A stretch of DNA of 64,000 bases from IMG/VR virus record IMGVR_UViG_3300027771_001853, positions 233,624-297,623 of that record; one strand, 5' to 3'. A program made the translations under genes and the position numbers. Positions 28,531 through 37,632 of this stretch are shown here, piece after piece. Each line of letters opens with the position of its first letter. Position 1 is the first letter of the stretch. The notes beneath the pieces are model-generated. The model was not told the DNA's origin. It saw nothing but the letters and a program-made list of their open reading frames with translations, and did not search any database.

Positions 28531-31500
28531 TTATCCTATTATTACAGTTTTTATATTATCTTTATTCATAGTAAGCTCTACAGTTATAGTATTTAATGTT
28601 ACATATACAATCGTTGCATCGATTCTCTGACCTGCTTCTTTCCAAAGATTCACTACCACATCTAGTGTATCTAAATTATGTGTTATTGTTTCAGCTACAT
28701 TCGCTGTATAATTTCTTGTGTCCACAAATTTCTGTGGTACATTCCACGCGTATAATGTAGTTGCTGATATTGTTCCAGCTGTTAAACCACACATATATGT
28801 GGTATTAGGTTGTGTAGCTGTTAAATTGTTACACCCTATAATCGCTGACGATACAGCAGTATATTCAATCGTGTTTCCAGTACCACCAACAATATGACCA
28901 AAGTTGCCATCTACTGTATTACCGGAACCACCTAATATTGTCCCATACCCACCGGAAGGTCCAATACTATTACTTCTACCATTAAGGATTGTAGCGTAGT
29001 CTCGCATGATAGAATTATTAGTACCATTACCAATCATACTAAAATATCCTCCGTTCAAATGGCCGATTGTATTACCGGAACCACCTAAAATAACATCATA
29101 CCCTAGACCGGTTGCCCGATTACCAAGTCCACCCAATATGGATTTATGTCCAGAATTAACCACATTTCCCCAAGCTCCTGATGTATAGTCGTCAGTTATA
29201 ACATTACTATCACCACCAACAATACTACTATTAGAGATTCTTCTTATATCGTTTTGTTTACCTGCACCAATAAAATTATAGTGACCACCACCAACTATTA
29301 GATTACTCATTCCACCTACTATAGCACTAACCTTTGTTCTTCCTGTGTAATCTGTTTTTTGTGTTATAAAATTAAGTTCACCACCACCTATAAATGAACT
29401 GGTACTACCTGTAATGGTATTTCTATACCCACCAACTACTACTGAGGTGTCTGCTGATTGGATGATATTGTTATATCCGGCACCTATAAACACACCGGAC
29501 GTAGAATTGTTACTTCTAGAACCAGAGTAAGGACTATTAATTAAATTATGTTGTCCAGCAACAATTACTGAACTATTAGATTCACCACTTATTGAGTTAT
29601 TTCTTCCACCTAAAATAGCAACTGTATTTGCTGATATAATCTGGTGGTGGTGCCCATTTAAAATCGTACTGTAACTTGACCCTGATGTTATCCTATGTAG
29701 TGAACCGTTACCAATTAAATTATAACCACCCTCTTTACCTGGTCTTAATTGTGCTTTATTACCAGTTATTCTATTTTGTTTACCGTTTATAATTGTACTC
29801 CATTGTGCACCATCTTCTAAATAATTGGCGTCACCATTTAAAATAGTACCACCACGAACTGAAGCGTTATACCCACTATAACCATTTAAAATGGTTCTAT
29901 GGTTGTAAGGTTTCATAGAATCAGTATAGGTATTCCAGAAGGTGGTGTTTACAATTTTATTTTCTTGTCCATTACCTATGAAGTCATGTATTCCTTCGAT
30001 ATCATTACTGATACCATTAACAACTGAACCAAACGTACCCGGAGCTCTATTAAATAACCCCCCTTGTACTGTAGAGAAATTCCCCACTGTGGTATTTGTA
30101 CCTAAAACTGGTTTTATTGAGTTTGTGCCCGCTCCATATTGGTAAGGTCCTAGATTAGAACATGTATTTGCGGTTAATACCGCTCCTTGACATAAGGTTC
30201 CACCTGTTAGTGTCATATAAACCGTACACCCACTTGTGTAAGCGGAGGCCATATAACACCCACCAGACACGTTAGTTATGCCACTAGGTATAAATGGTAA
30301 ACTTATCCATTTTGCGTGACCATCATCAGTATTAGACATTAAGAATTTACCATTCCCTGGTGAAGCATAATTACCATGGTACCTAAATGGTCTGTGTTCT
30401 GTATTAGATACCCCACCTAGTGCTTGGGTTATGTCAGTATGAGCATCCAAACCTCTTGTATATGTTGTTTCGGAAGAATAAGCGATTAATCCCACACCGG
30501 CTGAGATGGTTGACGCACTAGCTGTAGATGATATTGTGTTTGCACTCGAGTTTAATATAACACCGTACACAGCATTAACCTTATTAAGTTTACCCGCCAA
30601 AATACTACCGTGTTCTCTAAATACTTTATTTTTAGTACCACCAACAATTGAAGCTGTTGATGCACTTATTTCATTCTGGTAACCACCTAATATAGAAGAG
30701 TAACCCCTACCCCCTTCTTTTACCAAAAAGCCATCTGTTAGACCACTTGTAATAACGTTTTTATAACCACCACCTACAAACCCCCAACCAATATCTCTTA
30801 TTACGTTCGATTGACCACCCGCTATAGTTGATTTAGTAGCTCCACTTATTAAATTTGTTTGTCCACCAGCAATCGTATTCCCAAACCTATCATTAACAGT
30901 AGGGTTACCACTCGACCCAACGTAAGGGTTTAATATTTTATTAGATACCCCACCTAGTATGGCAGATGTAGACGCTGAAGATATTAAGTTATCTTTTCCA
31001 TTTACGATAACACTATTACTACTAGCTACATTGAGTCCTACCCCAAGAATACCACTACCAGCTATAGTATTACCAGAACCACCACCTATAGAAGCGTTTG
31101 TATTATCTGGGCTAATTACATTAAGGTACCCACCAGCGATATTAGAATACTGACCTCTGGCGATATTCTCCCCTAAACGTGGTCTAATTCCGGTGTAGTC
31201 CGGTGCAGTCTCATTAAAGACGTAAGGTGTCTCACCCGATAATTGTAAATTCCATTGTACACCGTCACTTCTATGAATATTAATAATACTTGGATGTCCA
31301 CCTAGGTTGGTACCCCATGATGTGTCGTCCACATATAAATCAGTAAATACTGTAGCTGAAGACGATACTGTACCCCACATTAGTTGGTTACTACATCCAC
31401 CTGTTTGTGATGCTGGTGGAGCTAAAACTAAAGTTTGTCCAGTGGTTGCTGGACCATACATTGGGAATGTATACCCTGAAGTGGCTTTTTCAAATTTTAT

Positions 31501-31866
31501 ACCACAGTCCCCACATGGTGTTATTGTACCCGCAGTTAAAGCTGAATCACAAAATTCAGGAAACACACTAAGAGTTAGAGTACCATCACCAAATGAATCA
31601 GTAATTGTAATACCAGAACCACCAATTAAACTATAAAAATTTAATGTACCGTTATCTGCAGCATAAGTTTTGCTATGGTAAACCCCGAAAGTACCTGCAG
31701 GACCAACATTAAGACCAATGGTGTCGTTAATCTTTTGATTTAACATCAAAAGACTCGTATCTAATTCGGCCCAACTTAGGACAGAACCTTTTGGTATTGC
31801 TTGTCCAGCTATGGGGGACGCATTTGAACGAGTAAAAAATTGACTCGGATATGGGGTTAAAGGCAT
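28531..31866 (-). CDS. fibre/adhesin-like protein (1111 aa), paralog of 23103..28529
   Basis: Same repeats and hinge (IPSGIT..SG...AYTSGCT...TANTCSN.GPY..G.GTNSI.PVLG); N-terminal KGSVLSWAELD; C-terminal THNLDTLDVVVNL. Confidence 0.8.
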   Translation of the reverse strand: MPLTPYPSQFFTRSNASPIAGQAIPKGSVLSWAELDTSLLMLNQKINDTIGLNVGPAGTFGVYHSKTYAADNGTLNFYSLIGGSGITITDSFGDGTLTLSVFPEFCDSALTAGTITPCGDCGIKFEKATSGYTFPMYGPATTGQTLVLAPPASQTGGCSNQLMWGTVSSSATVFTDLYVDDTSWGTNLGGHPSIINIHRSDGVQWNLQLSGETPYVFNETAPDYTGIRPRLGENIARGQYSNIAGGYLNVISPDNTNASIGGGSGNTIAGSGILGVGLNVASSNSVIVNGKDNLISSASTSAILGGVSNKILNPYVGSSGNPTVNDRFGNTIAGGQTNLISGATKSTIAGGQSNVIRDIGWGFVGGGYKNVITSGLTDGFLVKEGGRGYSSILGGYQNEISASTASIVGGTKNKVFREHGSILAGKLNKVNAVYGVILNSSANTISSTASASTISAGVGLIAYSSETTYTRGLDAHTDITQALGGVSNTEHRPFRYHGNYASPGNGKFLMSNTDDGHAKWISLPFIPSGITNVSGGCYMASAYTSGCTVYMTLTGGTLCQGAVLTANTCSNLGPYQYGAGTNSIKPVLGTNTTVGNFSTVQGGLFNRAPGTFGSVVNGISNDIEGIHDFIGNGQENKIVNTTFWNTYTDSMKPYNHRTILNGYSGYNASVRGGTILNGDANYLEDGAQWSTIINGKQNRITGNKAQLRPGKEGGYNLIGNGSLHRITSGSSYSTILNGHHHQIISANTVAILGGRNNSISGESNSSVIVAGQHNLINSPYSGSRSNNSTSGVFIGAGYNNIIQSADTSVVVGGYRNTITGSTSSFIGGGELNFITQKTDYTGRTKVSAIVGGMSNLIVGGGHYNFIGAGKQNDIRRISNSSIVGGDSNVITDDYTSGAWGNVVNSGHKSILGGLGNRATGLGYDVILGGSGNTIGHLNGGYFSMIGNGTNNSIMRDYATILNGRSNSIGPSGGYGTILGGSGNTVDGNFGHIVGGTGNTIEYTAVSSAIIGCNNLTATQPNTTYMCGLTAGTISATTLYAWNVPQKFVDTRNYTANVAETITHNLDTLDVVVNLWKEAGQRIDATIVYVTLNTITVELTMNKDNIKTVIIG

Positions 31867-31899
31867 AATATATCTTTTAATGATAAATATGCACGATGT

Positions 31900-32793
31900 T
31901 TAGAATAAATTAAAGTGGTTTGTGGGTTTTGATTTGTATTTGTATTTGTTTTCCCCTAGTATGTTGGTTACTTTTTTACCTAGAGTAAGAGCGTTAAATA
32001 CGTCCTCTACCACCACATACTCATTTTTGGTATGGTAATTGTAGTATCCAGCCGCAAAATTTAAACAACTAAAATCAAATTTCTTTTTTAACATCATAGT
32101 ATCGGTGTATGGGTGATTTAACCATTCTGTTATACCATGTTCTAAAATTACGTCTTTAGTTTTATTAATAAACTCACTATTTTCTTCAAATAATTTTACA
32201 CCCATTAATGAAATACTCATAGTATCGTTTTCTGTAGAATCAAATTGTAAGGCATAACCAACGTCTTTAAAAAAGTCTTCGTCAGCTTCTTTAGAACCGT
32301 GACACCCAGTTTCTTCAGCAACAGGTAGGAATATTTTACAAACATCCAATTCTTTTAATAGTTCCAAACATATAAAAACACCAGCTTTATCGTCACCACC
32401 TATACCAGTGGGTTCACCACTTATTTTTTCATAAGCTTTTAAAGCTAATTTTAATTCACCCTGTGCGTTAGGTAACATTTCTTCTTCTACTACCATATCT
32501 ACCTTTTCATGTACACTATCTAAATGAGCAACAAAACATGGGTAATATTCAGCTTTACCTTTGGTTATGTAGATGTTACCTAAACTGTCTATGTCCATAT
32601 CATCGAAACCTTTAGTGTTGGTTACTATGTATTCGATTAACTCGTCTTCTTCCCAAGTTTTAGTTGGGACAGATAAAATATTTTTTAACCTTGCCAGTTT
32701 TTCTTTGTGTTCATTAGAGTGATATTCGTCGTCAATATAATCATTTACCATATTAGTTTGATTTTTAAGGATGTGTTCTGTTGTTTTACTCAT
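31900..32793 (-). CDS. zinc peptidase, M28/M42-like
   Basis: VAHLDSVH, GIGGDDKAG, AEETGCHGS, FAAGYYNYHT; TATCTTTG promoter at 32809-32816 (minus). Confidence 0.85.
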   Translation of the reverse strand: MSKTTEHILKNQTNMVNDYIDDEYHSNEHKEKLARLKNILSVPTKTWEEDELIEYIVTNTKGFDDMDIDSLGNIYITKGKAEYYPCFVAHLDSVHEKVDMVVEEEMLPNAQGELKLALKAYEKISGEPTGIGGDDKAGVFICLELLKELDVCKIFLPVAEETGCHGSKEADEDFFKDVGYALQFDSTENDTMSISLMGVKLFEENSEFINKTKDVILEHGITEWLNHPYTDTMMLKKKFDFSCLNFAAGYYNYHTKNEYVVVEDVFNALTLGKKVTNILGENKYKYKSKPTNHFNLF

Positions 32794-32888
32794 AATATAT
32801 ATTTTAAGCAAAGATACACTTTATTTCTTTTAAACACCAATATAATTAAAATAATCCATAATTGTTTTGTCATTTTATAAAGTTTGTA

Positions 32889-32896
32889 TATATTTG
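32889..32896 (+). promoter_or_regulatory. Bacteroidota RpoD-type -7 element for tmRNA
   Basis: TATATTTG 6 nt upstream of the tmRNA 5' end. Confidence 0.75.
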
Positions 32897-32902
32897 TCTT
32901 AT

Positions 32903-33312
32903 GGGGGTGACTGGAATTGATTGGCATTATTTGGTTAATATCAGCACGTCAAGCCTGAATTAAGCTTGTAAAACTGATTCACACTTTCTAAACGGTGACG
33001 TATTAGATACTATGGCTACTCTTGGACTTGTCCGTGAAGAGTCATTAGCGACAGCGTAGTTAGACTACGAGGTTGTTACATCCCATCTAAAGAATTTAAG
33101 ATTTGTGTCTTTAGTTTTTGGGGTGTCGAATAGACAAATCGAACCCGGGAATATTACCCCACCGGTTTATGTTGGGCGGGTAGTTGAGACTGACTTGAAG
33201 GTTGTTTATTCTATAGGGTTAAGTCTGACAACAAATGAATGAACTAAACGTGTAGGATAGATATTTTTTGAAGATGAACAAGACGGGGGTTCGATACCCC
33301 CCACCTCCACCA
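32903..33312 (+). ncRNA. ssrA: transfer-messenger RNA
   Basis: 5' GGGGGTGACTGGAATTGA; 3' GACGGGGGTTCGATACCCCCCACCTCCACCA; acceptor GGGGGTG/CACCTCC with G3:U70 and A73, encoded CCA; internal tag ORF. Confidence 0.95.
32994..33059 (+). other. tmRNA tag reading frame (A)GDVLDTMATLGLVREESLATA-stop
   Basis: Open frame after CTAAAC ending in hydrophobic SLATA then TAG; resume codon inferred from Gly-start tags of Bacteroidota tmRNAs. Confidence 0.7.
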
Positions 33313-33339
33313 AATTAAATTTAAATAAAAACCTAGAAA

Positions 33340-33612
33340 ATGGCAAAAGTAAGAAAGAACGGACCAACCAGTAGAAACGAAAGAAGACGAGAGGCTGAGG
33401 TAAGACAAGAATCCTATAGTGCTTTAACACCACAAGAAAAATTAAATAAACTACCACCTACTGGGTCGAAGAAACAAAGAGCAAAATTAGAACACCTAGT
33501 AAAGTTTGGTAGGAAATTAAATGAATCGGTTACTCCGTCTAAGACTAAAAAAATGAAAGACGCTAAACCATCAAGAAGAGAAAGGTGGGAAGAAAAATCA
33601 AAACAGGAGTAA
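33340..33612 (+). CDS. small basic hypothetical protein
   Basis: 90 aa, K/R-rich, immediately after tmRNA; no SmpB motifs. Confidence 0.65.
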   Translation: MAKVRKNGPTSRNERRREAEVRQESYSALTPQEKLNKLPPTGSKKQRAKLEHLVKFGRKLNESVTPSKTKKMKDAKPSRRERWEEKSKQE

Positions 33613-33614
33613 TG

Positions 33615-34403
33615 TTAGGCTGTTGTGGATGCTTGTTTACCAAATAGATTACTAATAAACCCAGTAAGTCCAGTACCAGCATCTTTCATATTAAAGCCTT
33701 CTGATTCTTTTCCTGGTGTTTCTCCAGCACCTGAAACTTTTTGTGTTGTAGCGTCACCCATTCTTCCTTTTAAGTCTTTTAAATTATCACATAAAACTGG
33801 GATAGCTTTTTTCTTAATATCTTCAAGGAAAGCGTCATCAATTAATTCATTCATACTTTCACCAACCCAACTACTAAACATTCCACCACCAGGTAAAGTA
33901 CCGGTCATTTTCCTGAAATAGTATTCAAGGACACCTTTTAACACTTTATCTAATAAAAATTCACAACTACTAAATAATTTAGGGAATTGTGTAAATGGGA
34001 CATTACCTAAAGAAATCGCGATAGCGTCTCTTAGACCACTTTCTTTTACACCGAACACACTTAAAACCCATGTAATTAAATACGTACGAATCCCTTCTAC
34101 AGCACCTGTTGATGAAGCACCGAATATAAGACTCATAATACCCTCATTAATTATTTTTGGGTTAACACCTTTTTCACCTAAACGTATACTTTTACTAGCA
34201 ACAACACTAAAGATATCACTAGAATTAGATTCATTTATGACTTTATACTTTTTGGATATCTTTTGGAATGTTTTATTAACTAAAACTTTGTGTTCCCTTA
34301 GTAGTTGTTTTTCATTGATTGTAGTTTTTTTATTTCTACTTTCTCTGATAACTTTTCTAACTACGTTTTTTAGGTTTTTTTCGTTTAATTTTATAACTGT
34401 CAT
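33615..34403 (-). CDS. KLxE-leader protein with hydrophobic helical cargo
   Basis: MTVIKLNEKNLKNVVRKVIRES leader; repeated INE sites. Confidence 0.7.
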   Translation of the reverse strand: MTVIKLNEKNLKNVVRKVIRESRNKKTTINEKQLLREHKVLVNKTFQKISKKYKVINESNSSDIFSVVASKSIRLGEKGVNPKIINEGIMSLIFGASSTGAVEGIRTYLITWVLSVFGVKESGLRDAIAISLGNVPFTQFPKLFSSCEFLLDKVLKGVLEYYFRKMTGTLPGGGMFSSWVGESMNELIDDAFLEDIKKKAIPVLCDNLKDLKGRMGDATTQKVSGAGETPGKESEGFNMKDAGTGLTGFISNLFGKQASTTA

Positions 34404-34405
34404 AT

Positions 34406-36724
34406 CTAAAATTTCTCTGTTTTTTTAATGTTTCTACGTGTTTTTAAATCATAAGCTTTTCTTACTTTTCTAGAACCATCACCTAAAGCTGGGAAATTAT
34501 GATTATCGTAACATGTTTTAAGTGGTCTTAAATTAGTTGCCTTTTTCATACCACTTTTTAACATACCAGCTTCAAACCTAATTAAAATCTGACAATACTT
34601 TTTTTGTTGTTTACCAGAAGAATTCATAACATCTTTTTGTAACTTACCTCTTTTACCTGGTACACTTTCACTTTGTGTTTCTTCTTTTTCAGGTTTTACT
34701 GGACTAGGTTTTACTGTTGTTGTGTCTGTGGTAACTGTTTCTTCTTCAGGTTTTACTGTTTCACCAGCAGTCTCATTCTTATATTTTAAAGTTTCCAAAG
34801 CTATTAAATCATCACAATCTATAACCCCTCTTTGTGATTGGTCACTCTTACCTAAAAAGGCATTAACAGCTGTTTTAGTTTCTGCACCGAAGTCACCGTC
34901 TGCTCCATGTTCAGGTAATTTATAACCATTTCTTATCAATTCTTTCTGTAGTTGTTTAACACCACTTCCACTATCACCTAATTTAAACACATTAGTACAT
35001 TCTTTTACTGAGTCATATGATTTTGTTTCTTTTTTCTTTTTTGGTTTGTTTTCTTCACCAGCAGTGTTGTCAACTTTTCCTCTAACTCTACGGATTCTAT
35101 GTTTTCCCTCAATCTCACTTCTACTATATTTTTGTTCACCTAGAAAATGGTTTTCTTTTATTAACCTTTCCAAACCTTTATAAGCTTCTTGTAATACCTC
35201 AAAATCAGCCGCATCCATCACATATGCGATTGCTGCACCTTGTAATACATGATTTTGTCTTTTTGCTGTTCTAGGGTTATCTTGTACCATCTCATCATAA
35301 ATGACATCAGCATAACCACCAGGACCAGCAATAGTACCTAAATCTTCACCTTTTTCATAAAGTTCTCCGGCTACCTCAATATCCCTACCTAATTCGTAAT
35401 CACCACCAGTAGAGTCACCCTTTCCAAATATTTTTAATATAGCTGCTCTATCATCTGCGTCCGCTATTGCTCCTACTTTTTTATTAGGTAACAATAAATA
35501 AACTTTATCTTCAGAATTTTCTATATATTCAAACTGTCCTAAATATTCTTTTCCTGCGGCTACAAATACTGGAGCTACATTACCATCAACAAACACATCA
35601 ACAGTATCACCATCAAATAATAGTTTAAATTTAACTCTTGTGGCTGGTAAACCTTCTGGTCTATTAACCATATCATTCGCTAAATTTTCTATTTTATCGT
35701 TTAAGTCCTCTGGACTATATATTTTTTCACCATCAATAATACAAATAGGTTTATCTCTTAATATATCAGCAATCGGTTGGAAGTCACCCTCATCCAATTC
35801 ATCTAATAATTCTTCTAACAAAGGTGTCCCAAATTTTAATTGGTAGATACCTGATAAGTGTGAACAATCGTAAAGTGAATTTATTTGTCTAAAAGCTGAG
35901 TAGATATCATCTTCTTCTGTACCAGCACCTTTTGTAGCTCCAAAAGACAACACATCAACAACCCCTTTACCAAAATATTTTTCACCACCTTCAGTAGCAT
36001 CATTAATTACATCAGCTAATTGGGATAATGCTCCTTCATCTTGAAAATTAAAAGGTATTTCCTGTATTAGACCTTGTTGTTCTACTTGGTCGTAAACTTC
36101 CGGTGTAAAAGCGATAGATAAGTAATCGTCTTCACTTAACTCACCACCACCAGACCAATCCTCCATAGCTGAGGCTGCGTTTCCTGGTACTTTCGCACCA
36201 CTACTACCTATATTACCTATAAGATACGCTCCCGTACCCCAAGTTAATAACCTGTTTAATCCAGAAGCGGCTTGTTTATTAATAATTGCTTTACTTACAT
36301 TAAGTGGTACAAGTCCTTTGCCTAATTTTTGACCAGTAGCTATTTTTGACGCGATAGACGCTGGTACACCCTTTAACCCAGTTGTACTTACTCTACCAAA
36401 CCCACCTATCCATTTTAAACCATTAGGTAAACTTTTCATTATACCACGACTACCTATCGATGCTCCACCTCTACCTATATTAGCTAAACCTCTAACAGCT
36501 GTAGGAAGAATTCTTGCTAGTCCAGCAATTAATGGTGCCCACTCAGTTAAAAGAGCGTACGGTTTTTCACTATTATTTTTTTTAGTATTTTTTGGTGTTA
36601 ACTTATCTAAGTTATTATATTCTAATAAGTCTTTTTGTTCTGTATGTGGTTGTGCTCTGTCGAACCCAATTAAATACTGTAAAGAGCCTAATTCCTCTTT
36701 AAGATTTTGTTTGTCTTTTTGCAT
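34406..36724 (-). CDS. multidomain protein: Gly-rich amphipathic segment, annexin-like repeat, peptidoglycan-binding domain
   Basis: ATKGAGTEEDDIYSAF...YQLKFGTPLLEELLDELDEGDF; FKLGDSGSGVKQLQKELIRNGY...GADGDFGAETKTAV (PG_binding_1 pattern); start reassigned to MQKDKQ. Confidence 0.75.
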   Translation of the reverse strand: MQKDKQNLKEELGSLQYLIGFDRAQPHTEQKDLLEYNNLDKLTPKNTKKNNSEKPYALLTEWAPLIAGLARILPTAVRGLANIGRGGASIGSRGIMKSLPNGLKWIGGFGRVSTTGLKGVPASIASKIATGQKLGKGLVPLNVSKAIINKQAASGLNRLLTWGTGAYLIGNIGSSGAKVPGNAASAMEDWSGGGELSEDDYLSIAFTPEVYDQVEQQGLIQEIPFNFQDEGALSQLADVINDATEGGEKYFGKGVVDVLSFGATKGAGTEEDDIYSAFRQINSLYDCSHLSGIYQLKFGTPLLEELLDELDEGDFQPIADILRDKPICIIDGEKIYSPEDLNDKIENLANDMVNRPEGLPATRVKFKLLFDGDTVDVFVDGNVAPVFVAAGKEYLGQFEYIENSEDKVYLLLPNKKVGAIADADDRAAILKIFGKGDSTGGDYELGRDIEVAGELYEKGEDLGTIAGPGGYADVIYDEMVQDNPRTAKRQNHVLQGAAIAYVMDAADFEVLQEAYKGLERLIKENHFLGEQKYSRSEIEGKHRIRRVRGKVDNTAGEENKPKKKKETKSYDSVKECTNVFKLGDSGSGVKQLQKELIRNGYKLPEHGADGDFGAETKTAVNAFLGKSDQSQRGVIDCDDLIALETLKYKNETAGETVKPEEETVTTDTTTVKPSPVKPEKEETQSESVPGKRGKLQKDVMNSSGKQQKKYCQILIRFEAGMLKSGMKKATNLRPLKTCYDNHNFPALGDGSRKVRKAYDLKTRRNIKKTEKF

Positions 36725-36770
36725 AATAATTATTTTTCTCCTATAAATATGTTTATAACGGTAAAAAAAG

Positions 36771-37364
36771 TTACATATAAGTAGGATTCCCCTTACCTCT
36801 TGTAACTTTACTTTCCCATGGTGCTCCACTTTGTAGTGGATTAGCGTTTGCTCGTGTTAAACCAGTGTCGTGTGGTCCTCCACTTTGTAGTGGGTTCCCT
36901 TTCCCTCTTGTGACCCCTGTTTCCCATTCTGGTGCTCCTGTCCCACCCCCACCACTTGGTGTTGAGGTGTCACTACTCGTTGTATCTAGTCCTCCGTCTA
37001 GGTCTTGTTCAGATAAATCATCTTCATTACTACCCAACCATTCATCCAATAAATCTCCAGCTATTCCATTAACTCTGCCATTTATTTGAATTAGTGTTGG
37101 TTCTTCCTCTTCTATGGTTATTTCCTCCATAGCTTGACTTATAAGGTCTTCCCTAAACTCTTCAATAACTGTATTAATGTTAATTTCTTCACCTAACTTA
37201 GTTTCTAAATCTAGAAAATTGAAAACATCTACACTTATGTCGTCCCCAACAATAGGTGCTTCATCTTCGTATTCAGTACCATCGTATTCGGTATCGTATT
37301 CTTTTAATACTTTCCTTACTAAATTTTCTATGTCGGATTCTGTTAGTTTTACCACCTTTCTCAT
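36771..37364 (-). CDS. KLTE-leader protein with three C-terminal W(E)xxVTRGxxNP repeats
   Basis: MRKVVKLTESDIENLVRKVLKE; WETGVTRGKGNPLQSG / HDTGLTRANANPLQSG / WESKVTRGKGNP. Confidence 0.75.
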   Translation of the reverse strand: MRKVVKLTESDIENLVRKVLKEYDTEYDGTEYEDEAPIVGDDISVDVFNFLDLETKLGEEININTVIEEFREDLISQAMEEITIEEEEPTLIQINGRVNGIAGDLLDEWLGSNEDDLSEQDLDGGLDTTSSDTSTPSGGGGTGAPEWETGVTRGKGNPLQSGGPHDTGLTRANANPLQSGAPWESKVTRGKGNPTYM

Positions 37365-37379
37365 TGTTCTATGTTTATC

Positions 37380-37459
37380 TATAAATACTTTGTAACATAT
37401 TATAAATATTTTCGTATACCCTATTAGTTAATTAAAAAAAACATTATCTTTGTATTATG
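37380..37459. repeat. copy A of an 80-bp bidirectional promoter cassette
   Basis: First 37 nt identical and 68/80 identical without gaps to 47191..47270. Confidence 0.92.
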
Positions 37460-37627
37460 ATTAAAAAAAGTGGGTATAAATTAGTGAGTGTGGGGTTCAG
37501 TGACCCCAGAGGTATAGAAATTGGTCGATTACTCGTTAAAAAACAAGCTATATTATCACACTTTTCTATGAATAAATTCTACTACTGGATAAAAAACGGA
37601 ATAAAATTGTCTAACCTTAAAAAATAA
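37457..37627 (+). CDS. 56-aa hypothetical protein (not in ORF track)
   Basis: MIKKSGYKLVSVGFSDPRGIEIGRLLVKKQAILSHFSMNKFYYWIKNGIKLSNLKK; ATG 4 nt after TATCTTTG. Confidence 0.55.
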   Translation: MIKKSGYKLVSVGFSDPRGIEIGRLLVKKQAILSHFSMNKFYYWIKNGIKLSNLKK

Positions 37628-37632
37628 AAAAA

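Noticed and set aside
23103-31866. Diversity-generating retroelement target in the fibre genes
   Set aside because: No reverse transcriptase and no near-identical template/variable repeat pair differing only at adenines was seen; similarity between paralogs is at protein level
33340-33612. SmpB next to the tmRNA
   Set aside because: Too short and lacks SmpB motifs; only a basic hypothetical protein
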